Below the pieces are notes generated by a model. The model worked only from the letters and a program-made list of their open reading frames with translations. It had not been told where the DNA came from and ran no database searches. The position numbers were made by a program, and so were the translations under genes. From contig NC_042998.1 of the NCBI RefSeq assembly GCF_006345805.1, positions 157,976,001 to 158,040,000 of the forward strand: 64,000 bases of DNA, in the 5' to 3' direction. Shown piece after piece: positions 25,538-38,016 of this stretch. The DNA is from Octopus sinensis (lineage: Eukaryota). Numbering within the stretch: the stretch's first letter is position 1; each line of letters begins with the position of its first letter.

Positions 25538-26012
25538 CATGCATGCAAGCATGCGCGCGCGTGTATCTGTTTCTGGGCTTTCCAGAAGTTACTACCAATA
25601 TTCTTATGTTAAGTACTGTATTCCCTATGATCAACATACGAACGCCTAATTTTTTTACTACTCTCTTTGGTAATCATATGTATAATGTAGAGAATTTCGG
25701 TGATATTGATGTTGAAAATTATTTCACTCTCAAGCATATTGCATCTCCGATTTTACCAAACTTCAAAGCACTCTGGTTTCAAACATTTTTATTCATTTTC
25801 CCTATCTTAAGTTTTATGCCTATTTTTATTCATCACTCGATTCGATATTGCAATTTGTAGACATCGTGATTTATGAGACAGCAACCATATGTTCACAACT
25901 TATTTAGCGTGAAGAAACATCCACAATATTTCGACATCGATAATTTAATACAAGTATGCATTTTGATACGAAGCATAATAGCATTAAATATTTCAATTTG
26001 GAGGGCAAAAAC

Positions 26013-26014
26013 AA

Positions 26015-26066
<52 letters not shown>

Positions 26067-26178
26067 TAATAATAATAATACTAATACTACTAATAATAAT
26101 GATAATAATAACTTCAACAACAACAACACTAATAATAACAACAATAACAACAACAACAATAATAATAGCAATAATAAT
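26013..26178. repeat. (TAA)n/(CAA)n microsatellite
   Basis: Visible directly. Confidence 0.95.
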
Positions 26179-26565
26179 GAGGGAAGCGAAAATTAGATGG
26201 CTGTCACTCACTCCCGTGATTACACGAAAGTTTCCGGATTTTGAAATGGAGATATCTTAAATGCATATGACATCTAAATAGAGATTAGATCATGATTTAA
26301 TAGCTAGATACAACAAATTCATTGAACAAAAAACGATACAAGTAAAAGGAACGTTTAAATAAAATATGTATTACGAATAAAATATCGAAATAAAATACAC
26401 TTCAGGAAAGTCCTATCTATCTATCTACCTATCTTACATTATATTATATGTGTGTGTGTGCGTGTGCATATTTATGTGTGTATATATATGTGTGTATATA
26501 TATATATGTATATATCTGCGTTTTATATTAAATATAGATATTTGTGCGTGTATATATTTATATAT

Positions 26566-26603
<38 letters not shown>

Positions 26604-27498
26604 GCATGCGTGTATGTATGTATATAATTTCTATATACACATCAGTTCTTCATAATTATTAATTCCATTAATATGACCTTCATATGTATATATATTTGTC
26701 TGTAAATGCGTGTGTGGAGAAACTGTTGATAGGTAGTGTTCAAGTGATATAGATATATAACAGAATACCATATCAGTGCAAATTGGTGATTAGATACGCC
26801 CTCCAAATTAATTTCGATGTAAGAAATATCTAGCTAGCAATTTAGTTTCAGTGTTGCTTCCAGAAATTCTTCTCTTCTTTTCCCTTACATCTTTGCTTTT
26901 GTGTAGCATCTTCTATAATCGTTCATATTCAAACCCGTTTCCCATAGATTAATATTGCAATGTAATTTCAGTTACACATATCTACAAATATGTGTATGTC
27001 TGAGTATGAATATACAAGCATTTCTATGTGTGCGTGCATATATACATGTATAGCATATGTATATGAGCGTGTGACGGCATACATATATGTAGTTTTTATA
27101 TATAAGGCTCTATGACAGTATATATGTTTGCACATATGATTGAGTGGGCGAACTTGTACATATGTGTGTGTGTGTCTGTTTCCATATATGTATGCTCTTG
27201 TGTGTATGTATCAATGAGTTATTCTATACCTATAAATACTAAGAATGCAGATTTTATCATCACTGTTTATAATATGTGTTCTTTCTTCTGAACTCACTCC
27301 TATGGTTATATCATTCGCGATAAATCTCTGTTGAATTGAATGTATGATATTTGGTATCGCTATTATTGATTCTTTTTGTTTTCTGTCATCGCATATATCC
27401 TCCTCTGCGGGTATAGATTGATCGTATAACCTTGATCCTATGATGCGATGTTAAAACTCAGATTTACTACGACTGTGTGGGAAGAAATATATCAGGGG

Positions 27499-27581
<83 letters not shown>

Positions 27582-28409
27582 GCAAACGCCGACGTACCTA
27601 CGAACGGATGGACGGATGGATACACATTGCAAATTTTCTAATATATTTCCGAATATGTAAATACGCTTACAATAGAACGGAAATGCAATATCAAATAAGC
27701 ATAATCTTATCTCTCTCTGTCCGTCCGTCTGTCTGTGACACATTTCATTGCAAGTAAATGTTGAGAGAGGAAAAGTCTCGTACATGTATGGCCAGTTAAA
27801 ATTTTAGAGATTTATCTGTAAAATTAGAAATAATAATAGACATACAAATACATACGAGGGGCCACTCACTCTTTCTCTCTCTCTATCTCTCTCTCTCTCT
27901 CTCTATCTCACACACACACACATTCATACACCTCACCACAGATATATATTGTATTAGCTAGTCCCATTGTACAATATCATATTGGCCTTGCGATTACGGC
28001 AGATGATGTCTTAACATGCACTTACATATTGCATATTTTACAATGTAAATTAAGACAAAATAAAACATTGATAAACAACACAAACATACATATTTGTATG
28101 TGTGTATCTGTGTGTGTGTGTGTGTGCTAATGTGTGAGTACAGAATTTCATAGACTCACAAAACGTAAGTATTACTCATAGGGCAGAACAATGCTAAAGT
28201 AAACACATTGGCAACACGCAGAGTTATACAAATGAATACGAAACACACCAAATGTACTTATAATTGATACCTAACGATCAACAATTCGAAATACGATATT
28301 ATTTTCTTAACTATCCATTTTAGAATTGCGTGTTCTAAAATGGCAGCAAGATACGCCAATATTGTTTCTAGCAGATGTGGCCTTGATATCTAGGAACGCT
28401 GCGGATATA

Positions 28410-29417
28410 TCTATATATATAAAACTGTAGTTGTGTGAGTGTCTGTCCCCTTCGATTTAGATTCCTAACTACTCCCACATTTTGCGGTGCAGTTTAACCA
28501 AATTCGGGTATCTTATAGTCGTGATTCATATCGAGCCCGTCTGGGTATTAGCGCGCGTCTACGATGAGTCTACGATTTTAAAAATAATTTAACATTTTTT
28601 TATTCCATTTTAATGCATATTTTTTCGTGTGTCGATGGCGGCGGAGTTGGCGTCCATGCTCACATCTGCACCTGTGTTGCTTCTCCCCCTTCCCATCCCT
28701 CGTGAAGCTGTGGGGAAGGGAGTGTAAGGAAATCAACGTCGTAATGCGTTGTCAAGGAGACCAGCATTCTTTTAGAACAACGACTTCATGGCTTGAAGTC
28801 GCCAAAACAGAAATCGCTAAAAAAGCTGAAACAGATCCACAAAAACGGCAAAAACCGCCACACAGGGCAGGTTTCCTGTGCAAACAATTTGCACAACCGA
28901 ATGTTTTAGTTGTTGCACAAATCTTTATATATAAAAGTAAGGTTGTGTGTCTGTCTCCTACGATTTAGATTCCTAACTACTCCCACATTTTGCGGTGCAG
29001 TGTAACCAAAACCGGGTATCTTGTAGTCGTGATTCATATCGAGCCCGTCTGGGTATTAGCGCGCGTCTACGATGAGTCTACGATTTAAAAAAAAAATTAC
29101 CATCATTTTTTATTCCATTTTAATGCATTTTACGCTATTATATAAGGGAAGTAACTCTCTAAAAATGTCTACGATGAGTCTACGATAAAAAAAATTACCA
29201 TCATTTATTATTCCATTTTAATGCATTTTCCGCTATTATATAAGGGACGTAACTCTCTAAAAATGTCTACGATGAGTCAACAATTTAAAAAAAAATTACC
29301 ATCATTTTTAATTCCATTTTTAATGCATTTTTTGCTATTTTTTTGCTATAACTCACTAAAAATGCTTATATAGTTATTTCCCTTACAAACCCGAGCAACG
29401 CCGGGCGATACTGCTAG
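28410..29417 (+). mobile_element. Composite non-autonomous Helitron: two 5' ends, internal subrepeats, one 3' hairpin-CTAG
   Basis: A|TC starts at 28410 and 28922, each followed by about 200 bp of near-identical sequence. Three subrepeats of about 110 bp (gtctacgatgagtc...aatgcatttt). Hairpin cccgagcaacgccggg (29390-29405), then CTAG|T at 29414-29418. Confidence 0.85.
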
Positions 29418-29617
29418 TTCCAAATATTTATTGTCGCAAACAAATTGCAAGTAAATTCATGAGAAAATATGAAAAATATAGATAACAAAACTGGATAATA
29501 TACTATTACAAAGAAAATTTGTTGTTTCTCAAGGCATGCAAATAACAAATCAGAGTATAACATGTCTTTCATTTTATTTGAAACTATTGGAAACTGGGTA
29601 TATATATATATATATAT

Positions 29618-29973
29618 ATCGTGACGTATATTTGCCATTTGAATATAGCTAACCCCTAAGGGTGGATGCTACTGTAGTTTGTAGCCCCAGGAAGACACCT
29701 CCTCCAGCTGTCTGCCGCTACTTGTGAGGGGAACTGACTTCTCGTCGACAACTGTGATTGTCACACGCCGATGATAGGTCAATACCTTGAAACTCGAGTC
29801 CGTGTGTATCATAAGTTGAAGACGGGAAGGATGACTTCCCTTCACAAATACTGATAGGGCACAGAGAGTGTGTCTATAGCCAGCTGGAGGAGGTGTCTTC
29901 CTGAGGCTACAAACTACAGTAGCATCCACCCTTAGGGGTTAGCCATATTCAAATGGCAAATATACGTCACGAT
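29618..29973. repeat. 93-bp near-perfect inverted repeat (29618-29710 / 29881-29973) with 170-bp spacer
   Basis: Manual reverse complement gives 91/93 identity. The spacer plus right arm is homologous to the repeat at 33400-33590. Confidence 0.92.
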
Positions 29974-30126
29974 GTGTTGCCGCTACTGTTTATAACTCGC
30001 TCTGAGATTTATCATTGTTATATATATAACGGGAAGCTTTATGAAAATAGACAAAAGACGAAGGCAGGTGGAAAGCAAACGAACAATTGTATTAGTATGG
30101 CGCTCAGGAAATATAAATAAAACAAG

Positions 30127-30164
30127 TCTTTAACGTTTCGAGCCTACGCTCTTCATCAGAAAGA
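30127..30164 (-). ncRNA. Minimal type I hammerhead ribozyme motif (Penelope-associated)
   Basis: Minus strand UCUUU-CUGAUGA-a-GAGC-guag-GCUC-GAAAC-GU-U-AAAGA: 5-bp stem I, conserved core, 4-bp stem II, palindromic loopless stem III, GUU cleavage triplet. Confidence 0.75.
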
Positions 30165-30236
30165 TACACAGAGAGAAAAAAACACAGAAAGAAGGAGAGA
30201 AAAAAAATGCGTGCAGTAGCTAACGAATCAACATGG

Positions 30237-30306
<70 letters not shown>

Positions 30307-30421
30307 GTGTGTATTTGTATGTGTGTGTGTGTGTGTGTGTGTTATACTCAGCTTCAAATATATGCTTTTGAAATATTAAGTTACACGACCTGACTAGGCT
30401 CCTGGCTCAGACACACACACT

Positions 30422-31626
30422 TGTTGTGTGTTCGGAGTAAATTCGACAGTTTGCATAAAAACGAAACCATAATATCCAATCCAAAAATATTTGTATGTTA
30501 GAAAAGTAAAAGCTAGCAACTAGATAATGACTCTGAAACAAAAGTTTACTCAAAGTAGCATCCCTCACCTTTCCCTATAGTCATAAGATGGATCTGGAAC
30601 CCGGCACATGCTTTCCTCACTATGTCACTCGGAAAACCTTCGAACACCTTGATTCTGGACACCAGCTCGGCTTTGGTGTTGTAGGCAGATCGGTTGGTGT
30701 CTTCCTCAACCGCATCCCTCACCTGAGGTTTTAAACACGGGAATTTTGGAAGCAAGAAACCGAGGCTGGTAAAGTCGTAAAGATTCTCCGACAACATTTT
30801 CCAGCAACTTTACATAGCTGTCTGAAATATACATGTTTCGGACAGACCCCTGTTCAAAGATGTAGAGCAACATGACGTCAAATTCACTGACGACATACTC
30901 AAGGAGCATCACAGTTTGGGGGAACTTGGCCTACATGATACGTGGGACATAGCATGGACTGTAAGTAAGTCACTTTTTGTTGTCGGTGTTGTGCAATATT
31001 CTTCCAGAAATTCTTTTATCTGAGACGAATCAAATGATTTCCGATTCAACAGGATGCCTCAGTAAGGTCAAGAGCTTCTTTACCTTCGTCAAGCGGTACG
31101 CTTTGGCCTTTGCTGTCAGAATTTGTATTTTGCACCATTTGTATGAGTAGTGGCTAAGATCTTCATTCAGGGCTAGCTTCTTGGTGACGACTCCAACATC
31201 TATCTCTCTCACCTGAACCCGGATTCCCTAATTCGGATCTTTCATCGCCTTGTCCTGCTGGTGTCGGATGAACTCCGGCGTGCGGACGCAATTATGACGT
31301 TTGCGGTATCTCTTTCTGCTGGACACGGCTGAGTAGTTTACGTTGCCGCTGTCAATGTTACGTCTTACAGTCTTTACAGTGTTCGCAGAACATTGAACAG
31401 CAGTCATGATATTTGCATTTTGACACCCAACGCGAATCAGCAAGATGTAGGTCACTCTTTTCTAATATTGATATGGCTTCCAGAGCACTTGGTTAGCAAA
31501 CGTTTTCTCAACTACAACTTTAATTTTTATGTTCTCCAGCGCTGCTGACTTTTAACGAAATATCAAGCTGTTCTTGGAAAATGGTGAGATGAAATATCGT
31601 GAAATTTAATCCGAACACCCGCTAAA
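30422..31626 (-). mobile_element. Tc1/mariner-superfamily (maT/DD37D-like) transposon relic with TIR remnants
   Basis: Pieced translation ...VRTPEFIR...L-EDL-HYSYK....QILTAKAKAYRL-K-KKLL...WFVSDK-NF...AVEEDTNRSAYNTKAEL...IVRKAC..F..HL....K-EGCYFE*. TIR core gtgttcgga(g/t)taaatt at both ends. The segment with the second catalytic Asp appears deleted. Confidence 0.75.
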
Positions 31627-32019
31627 TACTTTCACTGAATTAAGCAAACTTTAACAATTAACCAAAGATAATAAGCGTGAGCCTTTATTATTCTCTTAAA
31701 GAGCAGTGTTGTGTCATAACGGATATACTCAGAAATCTTTAACCTAAAGTTAAGGTTGGTATCCGTCAAAATCTTGGATACAATGATATACGAAATCTTA
31801 GTTCTAAGCAATGTATACAATCCACTCATCGCTTAATTATCAACTAAATTTTATTAAGTAAATATATCCATAGCTGTAAGCAATCGCATAAATAACCTCC
31901 TCTACCGAAGAAGCGATTTTCCGGAGGCCGAAGTAAGTATAGCTGGGTATCACCTGCACCAACTTTAAAAGAGAAAAGAAATACACAGAAATAAAAGCAT
32001 CAGACCGAAGCGTGCTTCC

Positions 32020-32530
32020 TAGTGATGTGAACTTGGATCAGAACGTTTGCGAGAAAAAATTTGAGCATATATATACCGCTATAGCCCCGGGAATTTTGAG
32101 CGTTATGAGTGAATTTCGTAGACGGAACACGAAAAAATATTCGTCGTATATATACATACTCACTTACATACATACATATATACATACATATATACACACA
32201 CATACACACACATACATACACATACATATATATATACATACATACATACATACATGCACTCATACATGAACGCACTTACACACATATACATGTATGTATA
32301 TATGTTTGTATATATGAATGTATGTATGTCTATACGAGTGTTTGTCTTTTCGGTTGTGTTTGTTCGTTTCCGGCGCTTAACAACCGGCGTTGGTTTGTTT
32401 GAAACCCCCGTAACTTAGCAGTTCGACACATAGCTTTAAGATAAGTATTGGGGTTGATCTTTTATTCTACTTTCTTCAAGGTGATGATACAGCATGGCTG
32501 CAATCCAAAGACTGGGATATGTAAAAGATA
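32020..32530 (+). mobile_element. Degenerate family B SINE with an expanded internal microsatellite
   Basis: tatagccccggg...gagtgaatttcgtagacggaa before the microsatellite, and aacaaccggcgttggtttgttt...cccgtaacttagcagttcg...cagcatggctgcaatcc after it. Confidence 0.65.
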
Positions 32531-33259
32531 CAAAGCTAGAGATAGTTTCCGACCTGCTTTTTAGAAAGGATGCCGTAACCTGCATAGCGGTGTCTTTACA
32601 CAAGAAACACTGCCACAGCAAGAAAATGATAAACCATGAATTCTTCAAACGCCTACATGAGAAATTTTCTTTCACTTCATTACACAGAATCTTCTGAAAC
32701 CCAGCAAACATAGAGGTGTTGAATACGGTTGCTGAAACAATGGACCATGCCCTGAAGCCATAAGTGTACAGTCGGCTGTTTAGTGAATGATGCTAATAAC
32801 CTCTCTCGCGAAGCACATATGTTCGAAAAAACGATGAGGAGATAACTAGATATTATATTGACTCTTTCTACTTTCTAACGCTTTGAATGGTTGCAAAAGT
32901 AAAACGGACAAAACATAAAGTATCGGGTACCAATAATAATGGAAAAACAAAGGAAGAAAAAATGTAGGATTCAGTTCGCTGCTTGTAGAAAGCTTGTATG
33001 TGCATGAGAATATTCATATTCCATATATGAGTGTGTATGTTATGTCATATATGAGTGCGTATATGAGTGTGTGATTGTGTGTGTATGTGTGTATGTATTT
33101 GTGTGTTTGTGTGCGTATCTATGTAAAGTGTTATATAAGTACTTGTCGCATTCTCCTCCGTATATAAGAAAGTAATAAAATAAAATAAGATACTGGAGTT
33201 CGTGACTGAATTTTTTGGCGTTTATTTCCATAATATATGTATGTATGTATATATATGTA

Positions 33260-33374
<115 letters not shown>

Positions 33375-33399
33375 GTGAAGTATATTTGTCACTTATACG

Positions 33400-33600
33400 T
33401 GTAGCCCCAGGAAGACACCTCCTCCAGCTGGCTATTGACACACTTTCTGTGCTCTATCAGTATTTGTAAAGGGAAGCCATCCTTCCCCTCTCTAACCTGA
33501 CGTGATACAACCAGACCCGAGTTTCTGGGTATTGACCCATCATCAGCGCGCGACAATCACCGGTTGTCGATGTGAAGTGGTTCCCAATGCAAATATCCTT
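33400..33600 (+). repeat. Dispersed repeat homologous to the inverted segment 29710-29910
   Basis: gtagccccaggaagacacctcctccagctggctattgacacact...gacaatcac-gttgtcga is shared. Confidence 0.75.
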
Positions 33601-33745
33601 TTAAGGATCGGCGCCCGTACCCTTTTTGGTCTTGTATGTAAGTACTTTTTTCTTTAAACTTGGTACGACTCTATAACACTGTCTCTCTCTCTCCCCCTCT
33701 CCTACATTTCACTGCCTTTCACACTTTGCACTCCACTTTGATCTG

Positions 33746-33787
<42 letters not shown>

Positions 33788-34338
33788 TCCTCCTTTGTTC
33801 CTTGTTCTCTTTCTTTCTCTCTTCCTCTGTCCCTCTTTTCCTCTCTCTTCTCCTCACACGTGTCTAACTTTGGACTGCTGTCCTGCCTTTTCGTGGTCAG
33901 CAGCCGCCAACGCCAGACACATCTTTTACTCTCTTCGCCTCAAGGCATTTTTCCAATGCGCCAGCTCAAGTTCACCCGTCCTGTCGAAAAGACGCCTGTC
34001 TGTGACGTCCTGTTTTTGTTATTATTATTATCATTATTGTTTTTACGTATTTTCGTATTCTTATTCGTGTTATCATTATTATTTTTACGTATTTTTGTAT
34101 TCTTATTCGTTCCCGTCCTTGTTTTGTATACATTCGAGGCTTTCTTCCAAGGAATCTAATGCGCTTGGCTTAGATTTTCCTTTGGGGCTGGCCATGTCGG
34201 TGCAATCTCAAGATTAATCAGCCGAAATTGGGAGGATGATCCGGTTCTTGACTGAGGATTGAAGGCTTCGAATGTCCCGTCCGTGTTTTTGTATCGTCTT
34301 CTAAATGTTTTGCGTTCTTGTCCCAGTTTGTGTTTTTT

Positions 34339-34395
<57 letters not shown>

Positions 34396-34403
34396 GTCGA
34401 GAA

Positions 34404-35250
34404 GAAAATGAAGGACAAATAATAAACAGAAGTGTGTCTGTTGCGCTAGTAAGGCATTATTTAATTAGTAAATGAATGTGAGAGTGAGAGTGAAGATGTT
34501 TACGATCGTTTCTGTTTACCATAGTGAGGAAAATATACATTATATTTTTGCGTCGTTGCTAATATTAGACATCGTCAGAACAAAGAAGTCAGAGGTAGAG
34601 AGAAGAAGAGTGAAAGATCAATGGTTATATCGGGAAAGAGAAGATTAAAGATTCGAGGGTCTTACATTATATTGGAGTTCACAGTTCGTTACGTCTGTTA
34701 TGAAGTGGATGAAAAATATTAGTTGGCCCCGTGGTCTCATGTTTATTCAGTGACAAGTCTTGCACGTATTTGTAATTTCTGGGGTTTCACCGGAGGTGCA
34801 ATATAAGGGTGCTAACTCTAATTTGGGAAAACCGGTGCTATTATAATAACCTAGCTGTCTATTGAAATAAAGGTTGTAGGTGGTTCGTATTAATTAGAGG
34901 ATGCCATATATTGGTGTGAAATATGGAACGAGCGTCGCTCCGAGCTAGCGCGTAAAGAGACTCATGGCCGTAATATTATTTTGTTATGAAGAGTGCATAT
35001 AGAAAAAGAGTGCAGAAGGGAAAGTTTGCATGGAAGTATCTTAGGAGGTTATCGGTTAAAAAGTATTATATACACACTGACTTCTTCGTTCTGAAGATGT
35101 CTAACATTAGCAACGACGCAAAAATACGACATATATTTTCCTCACTATGGTAAACAGAAACACTCTCAATCTCACCTTCATTTACTAATTAAATAATGCG
35201 GTACTAACGCAAAAGACACAGTTCTGTTTGTAATTTGTCCTCCATTTTCT
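34404..35250. mobile_element. Inverted repeat pair of about 180 bp (34404-34596 / 35077-35250) carrying hammerhead-like cores; probable Penelope-derived pseudo-LTR structure
   Basis: Arms align at about 85% by eye. The left arm encodes a CUGACGA...GAAAC-gauc-GUA motif on the minus strand. Confidence 0.7.
34497..34582 (-). ncRNA. Hammerhead ribozyme-like motif with a long stem II insert
   Basis: UGUU-CUGACGA-UGU..(about 55 nt)..ACA-GAAAC-gauc-GU-A-AACA. Confidence 0.55.
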
Positions 35251-35423
35251 TGGCCACTATAAAAATTAAACTACGGTTACCCGCTAAATTACCTGCTGCC
35301 GTATACCGTTTAGCAAGGAATATACCCACTGAGATAAGTTTTAACACACCCTCACACAATCGCACACACACACACACATATATATATATTTATAAATATA
35401 ATATATATATATTTAAATACATA

Positions 35424-35489
<66 letters not shown>

Positions 35490-35741
35490 TTTATATATAT
35501 ATGTATATATATGTGTGTAGATATGGATATATATATATTTACCTATATATATATTATATATGTATATATATACACGCACACACATACTTAAATATACAAA
35601 TGCGTTTATTCCGATAAAATATATATATCCGTAGTACACTGAAGTTTGAATATACTAAATCTATGTGTGTGTGTATATACATATATTTTTTTTATACTTA
35701 TATTTATATTTATATATATATATTATATATATATATATGTA

Positions 35742-35823
<82 letters not shown>

Positions 35824-36271
35824 AGGCAAATAAGAAAATGCAGGGATAATCAATTGACAAGCAACACCCAGTAACCATTCATTTATAACAATTTATTAAT
35901 TGATTGCAATCCTATGTCTAAGTAATCAAAATAAATAAATGAATAAAAATGATTGAAAAAACACTGAACTCTTACAGCTGTTTCTACTATGGGGTTACCC
36001 AATCTGCTAAGTTTTCCTCATCATGCCAGTAATATTCAGGGATTTTACAAAAGTTCGACAGCTGTTGGACAATGACTGAGCCCCAACCCTTCAGCGGAGA
36101 GAAAATAATTTGAGGAATCTATCATATGTTAGTAGTTAGTAATAAAATGATAGAAATAGTAAGGAATGGTTGTTGCTTAACCTCTACCCCATGCAGACAG
36201 ATAGACACACACACACACATATATATAAAATATATATGTATGTGTATATATTTAGGTACACACACACACAT

Positions 36272-36366
<95 letters not shown>

Positions 36367-36468
36367 ATGCATATATTTATATATAGCGAGAATTTGCAAA
36401 AAAAAGACGGTGACGGGTGTGTAAACAACAAACAGCTGAATTAGTTTAACGCTCCGGAAGTGAGAAAG

Positions 36469-36505
36469 TCTTTTACGTTTCGAGCCTAGGCTCTTCGACA
36501 GAAAG
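36469..36505 (-). ncRNA. Minimal hammerhead variant (CUGUCGA core), same family as 30127-30164
   Basis: CUUU-CUGUCGA-a-GAGC-cuag-GCUC-GAAAC-GU-A-AAAG, with an A6>U change in the core. Confidence 0.6.
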
Positions 36506-37963
36506 GAATGCAGAAATAAACAGGGAGAGAAAATGGAAAAAGGTTTAGTGGCTAGCGATCTATCATGGTGAATGTCAGGCAGAGGGGTCACACAGAGCTA
36601 GGAAGAAAATGCAGTGGTGATTTATTTATATATATGTATATATATTTATATATGTATATGTATATATATTTTATATGTGTATATATTTATATATATATTT
36701 GTATATATATTTATATATGTATATATATTTATATAGGGATTTTACAAAGGCTGAACAAACATTGCACCGGGGTTAGACGCATCCTTTTCCAAGTAAGTTT
36801 TATCTTAATAATTACGATGCGCACTCTTCTATCTTTACTATCTCTTCTCTGTCAATCTCTCTCCCCCTCTCTCCTATGTCTTCTTTGTCTATCTCTCTCC
36901 CCCTCTCTTCAATAACTTCTCTGCCTATCTCTCCCCCTCTCTTCTATGTCTTCCATGTCTATCTCTCCCCCCTCTTGTTCTGCATCCTTTCTGGTTTTAT
37001 CTCCCACCTTTCTCTATTCTTCTCCTTGCTCCTTCACCTTTCCCTCTCTCTCACTCCTCCTCCTCGACTTTCTCGTTGCTGAAAGGTGACGAGAGTGAAA
37101 CTATCTTCTGACAACAATCTTCGTAAAGACTAAACGGGCTTATACTGTCCCTTCATAAGCTCGTTTTCCTAACGTACAGAATAATATTTCCATCGTCATG
37201 ACGTAACAGCCCTCACCGTTTGTTTTGCTGTTTTGTTCTCATTGTTCTGTCTTTTACTGTTTTTACTTTTTTTATTGTTTTTATTGTTTTGTGCTCACTG
37301 TCCTGTCCTTGTTACCACTTTCACCCTCCGCAAATCATCCCAAATTTATATTTAACTTGCTTTGCCGGAAGGAATGTTTGAACGAAGTCGCGTCTTATCC
37401 TTGCCTTCGTAACGTGGAGTAGTTGAAACAGTGACAACTGAAGAAGAGGAATATTCTTCATTTTATATGTCTCCTTTCACTGTTTTTTTTCGTTGTTCGA
37501 AAAGGTTCGCTTCTATGTTTTTGTTTTTAGGTTTTCGTTTCTCATTGTGTTCAACTTTTTTTTTATGTCTTGTACCCATATATGCATGCATATATACATA
37601 TATATGTAGGTATGTACGTATATGTATGTATATATGCATATATTTATATATTATTTCTATTATATTTATATATATACACACACACGCGCATACATAAAAA
37701 TACAAATCATTCAGTCTGAAATAATGAATCCATAAACACATAAAACATGCTAGCGTATGTTTTTTTCCCTCTTCCCTCTGAAGATATTATGTCCAGGCCA
37801 TATGAATTTAATATTTAATTATTTCACTGAGTTTTTATTGAAACAACTGTAAAGGATGATGATTGAGTTATGTTAATAATAAACAATTATCAACCTCCCA
37901 ATCTCCATTTTCTTTTTCTTATATATATATATAGATATATATATATATATACATGTACGCACG

Positions 37964-38016
<53 letters not shown>

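Noticed and set aside
28960-29340. Regularly spaced repeats resembling a CRISPR array
   Set aside because: Whole units, including the would-be spacers, are repeated and lie inside a eukaryotic Helitron; no cas genes.
33660-34217. 185-aa ORF, the longest in the track
   Set aside because: Built from a CT microsatellite plus a dispersed repeat with an internal duplication; no domain motifs.
34245-34285. ctgagga-ttgaaggcttc-gaatgt hammerhead-like string
   Set aside because: GAAAC core and stems I/III are not satisfied; at most a decayed relic.
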